Shown here: positions 34,461 through 46,433 of the stretch, piece by piece
Position numbering within the stretch: the first letter of the stretch is position 1
How the letters are laid out: the number at the start of each line of letters is the position of its first letter
Source of the DNA: Marsupella aquatica
Lineage: Eukaryota > Plantae > Marchantiophyta
DNA length: 64,000 nt
NCBI GenBank assembly: GCA_973895155.1
Contig: OZ316891.1
Coordinates: forward strand, 20,410,169-20,474,168
Reading direction: 5' to 3'
The notes under the pieces: generated by a model
What the model was told of the DNA's origin: nothing
Database searches by the model: none
What the model saw: only the letters and a program-made list of their open reading frames with translations
Translations under genes and position numbers: made by a program

Positions 34461-37400
34461 ATGGGCCACGCACAGGACGTTAGCCGAGGTACATTACGTT
34501 CTTCAGACCCAGGCGGAAAATTTGGGTGCCTGCTAGGGCTTTGTTAGGGTTTATATCTGAGCATCATGGTATTCCATTCTCGCTTGGAGAGTGGACTGGA
34601 TTGGTCTGATTAGAAAGCATGTGATTGGGCTCTATGGGGTTTTGCAGGGGGGCATGGAAGAGGCACCTTGATCGAGCGCATCAATAATCTGAGGGCTAGC
34701 AGCCTGCCGTTTGCTGCTCCGAAGCGAGTGCTGCAAACCACCGAGGCCTCTTTGGTACGGACATTATAGTCTTTGAAGATCCCAAGTGTGGGACCAATGC
34801 AATTGATATTGGTGCACTGTTTGGTTTGGTTTAGTCAGGGAGGTTACAGCTGCCGAATTTCCCTTTCTTTAGACACCCCATGAATCGTAAACCCAGCACT
34901 AATGCAAGAGGAATATTACTTGGCGTACATAGGCAGTCTTAGTCTTGGGGCATCTAGCAATTATCCATGAATAAGGACATAAGAAAGGGATTTGCATTTG
35001 CAATTCTGATGGTTTTCTCCACTTGCTTGAAATGTTACAGAACAAGTGCTCCTCTGTTACTCAGTGGAAAATGTCATCTGCCAAATGTTTACCAATGTTA
35101 TGTTACTTGATTTCGTGAATTGGAAAGTTTAGAGGAGCATCGCCATCGAATTGCATCCTCTCTGTCATGATGTTTGTTCGAAATACCATGCAGGTGCGGG
35201 ATGTGCTCCAAGTGCTTCAAGGATTTCCCACCAGTGTCCTCCCATGGAATCCCGATGGCCAGTGCTTCTATGTCCGGAACGGTATCCATGTTCTACACTT
35301 GTCACAATCGAGCCTCTACAATATTCTCCAAGTGTTTACACGAGCTGGAAGCAGTTTGCGTCGAGTGGACTCGTTTGTTCAGCGTGTCCTGAAAGGTACC
35401 ACCGACAGTTGGCTGAAGCCCATCTCGAAGGCACGGCCAACTTTGGAGGCCTTCGTGAATGTTGTGCGCATGCGACTCGCGGTATGTTGACCATTATCTT
35501 TCTTTGAATATCGTGGACTCAAACATATGATTTGAATCGGTTGCAACGCGTTAGAACGGCCGATTCCTTGGAAATGGATAAAATTGTTTTCTGGTGTACC
35601 TTTCAAACTCTTACTTCTGTGCATTCACTGATTCGTCAGTGTAGTAGCACTTGGTCATCGACAGTGTGAAAGCCTCTTGTTCAAAGATACCCAAGAAATA
35701 AGTTACCTTTGGCTTGGTGGAAGTATTGATTGAAAGGAAATTAGCTTGGGCTGGAGGCAGGTTGCTGTTCTGTTCTGGACTCCTAGAAAACTTTCCTACT
35801 CTCTAGAAGGAAGATTTCACAGTTTTTCCTGCTCGGAACACTTTGCGTCCCATAGGTAGCTGTACACATTGGTGTTATAGATATGTAAGAGTGCTTGCTT
35901 TGGAGTGTTCAGTCATTGCGCGTTGCCGCTTTGGAGAAGGAGCTTGAAGCTGTTGCAGGCAACGCTGGAACCGGCGTGACGCTCCTTAGCCTGTTCGCAA
36001 ACTTGTCCAGGTTGGGGGCTCATCTCAAGAAACCTCATCAATTGTCTTTGATTCCCCAAGCATGCCAATGAATACTTATGCCTTCAACCTTATTAACACT
36101 TTTCATACACAGCACCGCCAACGGATGACACTGGACGCTCCACCTGAATCTCTCCAAAAATGATATGCTCAAATCTCAAAGAAATAGTTTTTCATATTAA
36201 AGGAGCTTGCAAAGAGTGTCTTCTAGTGTGGTTTGCTGTATTATTCAGAGTGAGATATATAGTTTGCACGTAACAAATTGTGGCAAATTCTCCTCTCAAT
36301 TATGTTTTCACTCCAACCAGTATGAGACCTAAAGAAGGACTATATTTCTGTTCGTCCATTCTGCAAATGCATATGGAAAGTTCAGCGTCAAATGGTGTAA
36401 CAACCGGCGTTACTTGTTGCCAATTCAAATGTCGGTTTTGTAGAGTAAGTTTCGCGAGATTTTGCGTGATTCATCGTGCAGGTGTGCGAGAAGGTCTCGC
36501 ACAATGCTCACAATAATTTGTTTGCCAATTGTATGTAGGACAGGGTCTTTGCTGGAGCAGAATTTTTAGAGCATGTTGTGAATGTGGCAGTTCCTGAGCC
36601 CGACAGGCTTTACGAGAATGACATCAGTGCTGGCCAGCTTGCTACACATATTTTATCGACACTTTATGAGGAACTCGATTCTTTCTGCCTGATTCAGGAT
36701 GGTCAGGTCCGTGCCATTTTCTGACTGACGGAGGTTTTGTAAAGTGCTGTTTGTCCACTTGTTCTTCACTAGCATCGCGAAAGGACCGTCACCTGATCTG
36801 TTGCCTTCTAGTACCTTTGCTATTTCCGTCTTAATAATACTCAACGGCAGACATGAAAGCTTTGGAAGGCTATTCAAGCAGTGATTTTTGATCGGCAGGA
36901 AGACGCATATGGGACACTTTTATTGCTCTTTGTGGGCTGTTTATGGCCGATGATAACATCACTCGATGCCTGGCTAAGGGAAGGTATCCTTTCTGATCCT
37001 GCTGGAGAGGTAATTTGCCCGTTTTTCCTTTCCAGTGCCTGATCGTCCGTCATTTCTACAGTTATGTCTGTCTTGCAGCTAGTCTCGGGATATTTGTTCA
37101 CATGAGCTCGGTCGTTGAAGACTTTAATGCGCACGTAATTGAGCATGAATTGCATTGGAGCATCCAGAAAGTGGTTGTCTCCTACTTACAAGTCAATTCT
37201 TCTCTAGTTTGTAGTTTTGGAAGGACCACTTCTAACGTCGATATTTTTCAAATTGGCAGCTGTTCTTTTTTGAAGACAAATCAGTTCCAATAGAAAATTC
37301 TGCATTTTGGGAAAGTGGGTTCCATTTCCGTGACGCTGATGCTTTTACTGAGGAAGATTCAAAGCTCGAGTTACTATATCAGGGACAAGGCAGTTCTCAG

Positions 37401-40400
37401 AGCAGTCCCAAAAGTGGTGCTAGTGAAAATTCTCGGCGATTTTCAATAGACTCCAATGCAAGAGTGAGCACAGGTGTTCCACAGAGCTTGGTGTGTCCCA
37501 ACTTTTTGCAACCCCTTGCCAAGGCCATTTTGTCAGCTGGAAAATCATTGCAGCTATTACAGCATGTGAGGAGGAAAAATACTGAGGGAGACCGAGAGAG
37601 TTCACAGGCTGCTGCACATGTCACCTCCAAAGTGCCTTCTCCTTTTCTTCCTGTCGGTTTAACTTCTTTGATGCAGTTTTCAGGGAGGAAAGGATCTTCA
37701 GATCTTGAAAGCATTGAGAGTGGCTCCTCTGGAGCAAGTCAGGTTTCCAACAGCATGGATCAGGAGGAAGTATCTTTATTTGAGCAGTTCTGTGCTTCAT
37801 TACGGACTCTTATTGGGGAAGCTTCAGTGACGCAGTCTTCTGAGGGCACTGTCAGTGTCGACCCCAGCTATTTGTATACAAGTTATGAGAAGGGATTGCC
37901 CACAAAAGAAAAGCTATTAGATGCCCTATTTTTAAGGCAACGATCAGCTTCGGGAGGCCCTCTGCAGTACCCAAAGGCAGAATCGCAGGGAAAATGTGAT
38001 TATACGAAGGGCGTTGGAAGTGACAGTACTAGTTCTGTCAGTAAACCGGAAACAGACATGACCACGGAACTTTTGAATGAAGAAACTTTTGTGGAAAGTT
38101 TCGAACGTCAAGCACCTGCTATAAATGGCGAGTGTGTTGTGAAGGGGTTTGGGATGGCTCTTGTCGTTGACTCCGATTCATGTCTGCCTATGAGCGGGAT
38201 ACAGAAAAGCTGCCTAAATTTATCACAATACTGTAGAGTATCTGCACTCAACGATGCACATCTGCGGGGAGCTATTTTTGACGCCTGTGGTACGGACAAA
38301 GCACCAATCCTAGACAAGGAAACAGGTGCCACTCTTGGGTCTTCGTTAGAATCAAACCGCAGTTTTGAAATGACTTTCATCAAGCAGAGTAATTATATGG
38401 ATAGGGTCACAGATTTTAATCGCAGCCGGGTCTGTGGAAAGGTTTTACTCCTGCATGACAAACGGACCCTTACGGCTGTAGAGAAGCTATTGCGGTATCC
38501 TACCTTGTTGCCACCTTTGCAAGTAAGCTTCAAGGCCATCTGAGGTCCATGTTTTATTACCCAAGCTCTGACAGCACAGAATTTGAGTTTTCGGTTCCAT
38601 TTTAGTTTTCTTCACGAGCTTGACTGACTTTGTTTTTCTTGTCATTTTGTATTTTCTTCTGGCGATGGACATGTACTCGCGCTAAATGAAGTACTGCAGC
38701 TATAGAGAGAGAGAGTGTTCATTTTCATAATTATGGACATGACATGAGAAAATAAATACAAGCATTGAGTATTAACGTTTTTGCTGGAAAACGTTTTTTG
38801 CAGGAACGAAATGTCTCTAAAACATTGCCATCTGGAAGGAATAATCAGGAGGTGGGAGGAATGCTTCAATGGATTCAAGGTGCAGTCCTCGCGGCTACAC
38901 CAGCCTCAGTGGTAGTTCAAGAGTGCCTCACTTCCTCGATTCAAAAGCAGGTACTTGCAAGACTGGAGTTGTGTTAGCGGAACGCATTCACCAGCCCAGT
39001 CCTAAATGCGTCCTACTTTGAGCTTTCTTCTTATATTCACAATCTTAAGTACTGGGGTGTTTCCTGATAAGGCTGATCTCATTTCCTCTTGTTCCTCTGC
39101 GTCGGCAGGTTGATCATGTTGGCCAGCAACTTTTAGCAAAACTCATGGGTGAATGGCGTCTCATGGAAGAATTCGCCCTTCTGCGGGCAATTTACTTAGT
39201 AGGTTCCGGTATGGCTCTTCTGAGTATTTTTACGAGTCCTCAGTAAACGTAGTCCTTAGTCTGTACACGGGTAGGTGACTTGCTACACTCGTTCTAGTTG
39301 CAATTTTCTTCAATGTACTTCAGATTGTGCAATGCATCCGGTGTGTAAAGGAACCTACTAAGTAAATTGACCTGATGTAGTTTCAGATACGTGAATTTGT
39401 GCTAGTATTAACCGTATTCACGTATCTGAAACTACATCAGGTCAACGGTATTTTTGCAGAGGTCATGTGTCTTGACTGATATGTTTTGTTGGCGTGGATC
39501 AGGTGATTTGTTGCAGCAATTTGCATCTGTATTGTTCAACAAGCTTGACCGTGGTGAGCCATGGGATGACTTTTATGAACTCAACACCATGCTGCAGGTG
39601 GCAACTACCTCATCTTTGAGAACATTTCAGCGCACATGCTAATAATGAAAGTTTTCAACTTCACAGCAAGGCCACTTTAACTCAGAATCGAGATTATTTC
39701 TGCAGGAGTCAGTTCGCAGCTCTTCCCATGGTATGGGTTCACCAGCATTGGATTCTTTGGTAGTGACAGTACTGCCACGTCAAGATACAAAGGCAGAAAA
39801 GGGCCCCCGGTCTATTTCTAGTCCACCGCAAATAGCTGGTCGTGCACCCTCGTTTGCCATTAATGCACTCGATTCATTGTTCTTCACTTACAAGGTAAAA
39901 TGCTTGGGACCTTCGTATTTCTTGTGTCTGTCGAGGACTCAATCTTTACAAATAAAAATACTTTGAAATTGAGTAGCTTTTGCTTTCTCTATTTCTCGAA
40001 GGTAATGGCGTCCTTTCAGAGCAAAACTTTGGTCAGAAAAGGAGATGCGTAACAGGAGTTGTGATTTTACATTGGTCACTGCTGTGAAGCTGAGTTAGCC
40101 AGTATTCTTTGTCAAATATAATCTGATGCTTGTCCTCTTTTCGATCAGGTGGCATGGCCTCTAGAACTTATAATTGATAGCAAGGCAATCAAGAAGTACA
40201 ATCAGGTTAATGTCACCTGATATATGCCTTTGAAGATATATCTTTATTCGGATTTTATTCATTACTTATTTTAGCAGTAGTTAGTTCGAAATATAAATTG
40301 GATCACAACTGAAGTTGTGGAATAGAGTATTGATTAACAATTGGATTCTTGTTATGATGTTCAACATTTCTTGCGAAATTTGATATTCTTGATTCGAGAT

Positions 40401-42374
40401 TTCCTCGTGGATTCCCTTTAGTCATTATCAGTATTGACGTGTATTAGAACTACAGGTAATGTTGTTCCTACTGCAGGTCAAACGTGCCAAGCATGCCCTC
40501 GATAAAGCTTGTCGATGGACATGGAAGGTGTGGATTGACTTATTTAACCAACATTCCTTCTGTGCGGATGCTGATTTACCCATTTATATTTGGATTTTTC
40601 TTGTGCATATCGGCAGCATCTGACTTTTAGTTTCTATAGCTGATACTCGAGCTGTGAGGCTTGCTCCGTTTCGTGACGCAATTTTGTCCTTGTTCCTGTG
40701 AATTTGTGACTTTATTAACTGTCTCTGCATCTTGTGGGTTAACCTACTATTTGTCAATTGAAATGAGGAAATGAATGCCAGAGGGGTATCTAAATCAAGC
40801 TAGTTACCTCATTATACCGTTATTGGCTCCTCATGCGTGCAATCTTTTATGCTCTCTTTTAATACCACATTTTTCGACAGAAAGGAGTCGGAGATGCTGC
40901 TGTTCATAAGAGACGACTGCTCTTACAACAGAAGTTAATGCATTTTGTCAATACATTGCACCAGTACGTAATGGACAGGGTACGTTCTGTGATGCATCTT
41001 CGTTGGAAAGTACTGGCGAGAAAGACATCCATTCCTGAATGAACTTTCCCAGTATCGAATCTTGAATGATGGATGGTGAACAAAGCTCGCCTTTGAACAA
41101 GCTGATCTTGTGATGCTAAACCCTTTAGTTGTCAAGTCCAGATGCTGTTTGAGTATTCCTCAGTGTGCCACAGCTGGTTGTGGATGGCTTGAGTTAATAT
41201 CAAGCTCAACAGAGTAGCTGCAATTGAAGCTTCTGACCGATCAAAACCAATGGCACAGGTGCTGTACAGTGCGTGGGTGGACCTTTGTGAAAGCATGTCC
41301 TCGGCTGGATCTCTTGATGAAGTTATAGCCTGTCATGATTCATACTTGGTTTCCATTCAGCGGCAATGCTTGGTTGCTCCAGACAAGTTGGTATGTATCA
41401 TGCACTTGACCCCTGATTTCTAATCAGCTATTCATACGGTATTGTATAATGTGTGTGGTAGTGGTCTTTCAAATATCATCAGAGGCAGCATTATGCCCTC
41501 GGCAGAGGAGGCTTGTCCAGGGCCGTCTATCTTGAATTTGTTGCGCTGCACGGTAAGGCCGAGCTTTGTGTGTGGACTTTTTTTGCAGTGGACACTCATT
41601 GCAGGGCGTGTAAAGGCAATTTTGGGGCTCGCGCTAAATTACCATTCCATTCAGCGGGTATTATGTGATGGGGTCGGAGCTCCTACCCTGACTGCACGGT
41701 GTCAACTTGAGATAGAACGAGTTGAAAAACAATTTGATGAATGCATGGTTTTCCTTATGCGGGTCAGTCAGCTTCCTTGAACTGTACAACTCATTTAACA
41801 TCATCTTTGTCATCTTAAACCAATTTATGCCCTTCGAATATCCAACCACATACATCTGCTGACCTGTTTTTTAAGGACAAGTGGTAGTACAAAGGCAGGT
41901 AGAATGTAGTGAAGATCCCATTCAGCAGAGATTAGGAAGGCGGTATTTCCATGTGGCCTGCGCTTAGTGAATTTGGTTTTTCCCTTTCTTTTAAGGAATT
42001 TGGTATGACAATAGACCCATATACTCTGACAATAGAGCCTCGGATCTGACAGTCAACTGACCGTGGACCTCTAGGACCTCATCGATGAATATTTTGTGTA
42101 CGTACATGTGATAGTCAGATTCTCTTCTTGATGCACGCTTTAGACTGCTTGGCCTCAATTTTTAGGAGATGTTTTCGCTGACCCTCTCACCAAGCGATTT
42201 CTCACATGGCAGGTGCTATCTTTCAAACTGAACGTAGGGCATTTTCCCCACCTGGCGGATTTAGTCACTCGAATCAACTACAATTTTTACTACATGACAG
42301 AAGATGGCCAGTTATCAACACCTCTTCCTGACTCACTTGGTCAGACGCCAAAGAGGTCATCAAGAAGGGTCTGA
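34461..42374 (+). CDS. GCP5: Gamma-tubulin complex component 5 (Spc97/Spc98 family), 17 exons
   Basis: Exons 34461-34488, 34648-34754, 35194-35481, 35913-36010, 36544-36706, 36899-37009, 37260-38522, 38804-38950, 39109-39208, 39503-39597, 39706-39894, 40149-40205, 40456-40527, 40881-40979, 41259-41390, 41589-41762 and 42213-42374, all GT-AG and phase-consistent. Plant GCP5 motifs: EWRLMEEFALLRAIYLVGSGDLLQ, WDDFYELNTMLQES, YKVAWPLELII...KKYNQV, HFVNTLHQYVMDRV, VLSFKLNVGHFPHLADLVTRINYN. The 28-nt first exon is the least certain. Confidence 0.95.
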
Positions 42375-43599
42375 AGTCACCTCTTTTTAGAGATAATTCT
42401 TTCAGTTCTGCTAAGACAAGTTTGTCCCATCCAGCGTATTATCACTGGTTTACAAGGTCCACATGGCGACAAAGCTACGGCAGGCTTTTACCTCATCCCG
42501 TGAGGTAGTAGTTCGTTCTGTTTTCAATGTATCAACACGACATCATAGACTCAGAGTGTTTTGACACAGTATCTGAATAAAGCATTTGATTCCACCCTTG
42601 TGAGTCTGGAAGCTGAGTGCATAGATTGCAAGCTCGTTGGGCCGTGAGATATTTCGCACATACTTCTGGCAGCATTCTAACGCGAGACTGCATACTTTGG
42701 CAACGTCCTGTTATCCTGATTTGTAATTAGGCCATGTCCTTACATGTTGATACACACTGGACAATACTGTTCTGTGATCATACGGAACCCAACAGGAAAT
42801 ATGTGGGATTCACGGCAAGCATGGGTCCAGGATGACTTATGTATGTACTTGAACAACAATCGATCCCAGCGGTACATTTTTAGAGCTTGAGGCATGAAAT
42901 GACTTTTCAAGTACAAAATGTTTTACACCAAGAGGCGGATAACATGAAGTTCCTAGGGACTTTTGGGGCTTATGGGCCGATGGAGTAACGTATATGGCAG
43001 GTTTTCTCCTTCGGCGTTGCTACATGGCAGGCGGCCATACATGGAATATCCTACTGAGGGACTTTTGAAGTTGACTAACGGGGAACACAGGACTAGCATA
43101 ATGCACAGCAAAACGCCAATGAAAGCAACAGATGCACGATAGGAACCTGGAGGGGCCCAGAATGATGCGCCTTTTGAATATGCTTCCTACAGTTCATACA
43201 AACTTGGTCATGTCTACAGGACAGCCCACAGCGGTCTGAAGCTACATCTGGACGTCAATTTCCTCCATAGGAACTTCCTTGACGAAGACTCTTTAAGAAG
43301 ATAATCATGGACTGGAGTCGTTTTCATTCAAACTACTTACACATCTGGGGTTATGACAGCTGAATTGGTCATACACTGCGTATCATTCGTTGTCCCAAGC
43401 CCCTGCTTCCGTGTTTGAGACGGTGAGTTACATGCACTGGGGGCCACAAAGCCAAGCTGATGCTACTACTGATGCTACTCTCCACTACTGCTTTACACAA
43501 CTCAGTCACGTTGAGTTGTATCTTGGCACATCAGGGGCAACTTACTGGTACTTTCATCGTGGCCAACAAAGTCATGTTTGAGTAAGCCGTATCTTTGGC

Positions 43600-44590
43600 C
43601 TTTCTGGGGCAACCTGATATTTTTTGTCCTTCTTCTTTTCTTCCCCAAAAAGGCAGGGAGGCCCTTTCTTCCCTACCCTAAACTTCGTGGGCTTTGCTTC
43701 TGTCAGCTTGCAATAAAATCGCCTTCTAATATAGAAGAAGGAAAAGGGCCTCAAAAGAATTAAGGGGGTAGAAGTCTTGAAACAGAACAAGAAGCCAAGG
43801 CCCTAGTCCCAGCACTTAGATATAGGGAACAAAACCCATGGCAAAGACAAAAGGCAACCTAGTGACAAGTCCTTGTGAAAGAGGGGAAGACTCTGATGCC
43901 TTGTTGGAAGTTTGAAACGTTCCTCCAATTAATGTGGATATCTCATCTGTTTCGTTGGCTAGAGAAAACTGGCTGGATTTATTTGGCTTTATATAAGACA
44001 AGCCTGGATACCCATGCCCATGCACACAATGACTTCCCCATACCAGCATAGTCTAAATATTAAAAAATTCTATTACCAGAGAAATATCCACCTTAAGATT
44101 TATGGCTGCAGTCGACTAGTCACCTAAGGGTAGGCTTCCATCGTAAGTCATATTATTTGACTTGTTGGGCCTTTTTGGTCTTTCCTTTCCCCCCTTTTAT
44201 TGGGTTTTTTTGCCTTGGGACCATGTATCCGGGTGTGGCGTTCCTGTTTTTTTGGCAGTGTGATATAGTCATATTATCTATTCTATAATGTCCAGTAAAA
44301 CACAACAAGAGAGACAGCAAAAACGGGCAAAGGCCATGGAGCCAACCAGAACAAGACACATTCCTTTGGGTGACAAAAATGGTCACAGGCACCTCCCAAA
44401 ATCTCAATGAGCATCTCCCAGTTTGCAAACCAGACAAATAATGATCCATTCACCAAAATCTGTTTCGCTTGGATACCTTGAGTGCTGGTCCTGACCTGCA
44501 AACAATCCGAGAAACAATGTCTATGCTGAGTGGTGCAACCAAATTCTATAGCAAGTGGGACCATCACGCTTGCAAAAAGTTAAAGAGTTT
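43600..44590. mobile_element. Cluster of 3' fragments of non-LTR retroelements in opposing orientations
   Basis: T-rich tails face A-rich tails at about 43720 and 44280. The minus-strand fragment 44283-44590 reads VPLAIEFGC...QGIQAKQIL, resembling the FxPxAxExxG...LQRxxA C-terminus of restriction-like endonuclease (RLE) retroelements. Confidence 0.5.
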
Positions 44591-44689
44591 CACTTTTCAT
44601 GACTATTTTTTTCAAATTGACTACTTTCTCTACATTTCATATTTTATTAAAATGTAATGAAAGTAAAGATAAAGCAGTGTTTACATAAA

Positions 44690-45300
44690 CACAATTTAAA
44701 ATGCGCCTAATACATGCATTCGAAATGCTTTCCCAAGTTTCCAAAGCTAAACAGAACTACTACCTGGAATTTTTGTCCCAGGACTTAAATTCTCAATAAT
44801 TCTATCTTTTACGTGAAACCTGATCGACGGTACAATGCTGTAAACAACATAAATTAGTGATTCACAAAAAGAATCATTTAAACATTCCTAAAATGTGCTT
44901 CATAAATGTTCGACAAGTTCCATAAACACAACCTCAATTTTGTTCCAGGACTTACATTTTCAGTACTCGTATATTTTTACGGTGAACCTCATCGACGGTA
45001 AAGTAATGTAAACAAACATAAATTAGTGGTAAATATCCCAAAATGATTTGAAATATCCCGAGATTATGCATCATAAATGTTTTACTAGTTCCATAAAAAC
45101 AAACCTAATATTTTTGTCCCCTCACTTAAATCTTCAATGAAAATACATTTGGGGAATTTAAACAAGATTAAATTAATGTTTTACATTTAATAAAATAATT
45201 TAAACATTCCTAAACATGCATTGTACATGTTTTTCAAGGTCCAGCAGCACAATCTCAAGTTTTGTCCCAGGACTTAAATTTTAAAATAATTATATGTGTT
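44690..45300. repeat. Diverged AT-rich tandem array, ~4 units of 150-173 bp
   Basis: The anchor TTTTGT(C/T)CCAGGACTTA(A/C)ATT recurs at about 44770, 44939, 45112 and 45260. ATCGACGGTA...AACATAAATTAGTG occurs in two units. Confidence 0.8.
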
Positions 45301-46267
45301 TTGCGTGACCCCCCATCGTCCCTACCACGGTACGGTAGTACCTTACAGGCCAGTACAACGAGTTACCTGCCAACGAGCATTCTCCACGGCACAATGAGTC
45401 ACCTACTTACAGGCAAACTAAGCTCTAATTAATTAATAAATTTTACGCCTAGTGGCCAGCCAACGAGCGTGCTAGTCTTAATTAGTTCTTGGCGTTGCTG
45501 GCCTGCTGGGCGCCGAGACTGTAGCGGGGCAGGCCCACCTGGCCTTGCCTGGCCTGGGGCCCTGGCCAGGCCTGGCCCCCTTGGCTGACAAGAACGCGGC
45601 GAAAGACGCGCAACGAGCCGATTATGGCCAAACGCCATTATTGATGAGCAAGAGGCTAAGTCGCTAAGAGAGGGAGCCGGTGGAGGAGGACAAAATTGTT
45701 ATTATTATAGATTATAGATCACCGAGTATTAAAGAGGGTTTAGCTGTTTAGCAGGATTTGAGGGGAGCCATTGGACATTTGGACTTGACTTGGCCATCAT
45801 CAATAATAACTTCTCCCTCTTCCTCTTTGTTGCCTCGAAATTTATGGGGGCCATCATCAAAAACACCTCCTCCTTCCTCTCCTGCGCCTTTGTTGCCTCG
45901 AAATGATATGCTTGGCCATCATCAATAATAACCTGGCTTTTGGAATTTGGTCCCTGTGTGTAACGAAGCCTTCCAGTAACTTTATTGAAGCCAGCCAAGT
46001 CTCAAACCAACACCCCTTAATTAAATCGAATGCCCGTGGAAGGGGTTCGTTTTCTCCTCATTTCTTTCCCACGATTTCCTTCGGGATGCGGTCCTGTGCT
46101 CATGCGCTTATTATCATGGTCCCTCTAGGGACCTGTTCCACACTTTTCACCCCCCTTGACCCCAGTGTAACCGGCATGGGTCTAACCCCAACCTGAGTCG
46201 TTCCCATCCTCGTTTGTCACTGTGTTGCCTGGAGTCCGATGCCCCGTCGCACAATGTTGAAAAGTTT

Positions 46268-46433
46268 GGGCGTCTCAAATCTTTAGGTCCGCAAAAAGAT
46301 CCCTAACCCGAAAGTACCAGTCCTGGACTGCTGTCACAAGTGTGCGGACAAGCTTTTTGGTGTCCCCCACTTCAGTTCCGGGAAAACAGCCTTGACCTTG
46401 ACCAGAGGCAAAACTCAGAGGATTGAGACACCC
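46268..46433. mobile_element. Harbinger/Tourist-like MITE (166 bp)
   Basis: GGGCGTCTCAA at 46268 and TTGAGACACCC ending at 46433. Same TIR family as 5411-5926 and 57891-58591. Confidence 0.6.
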
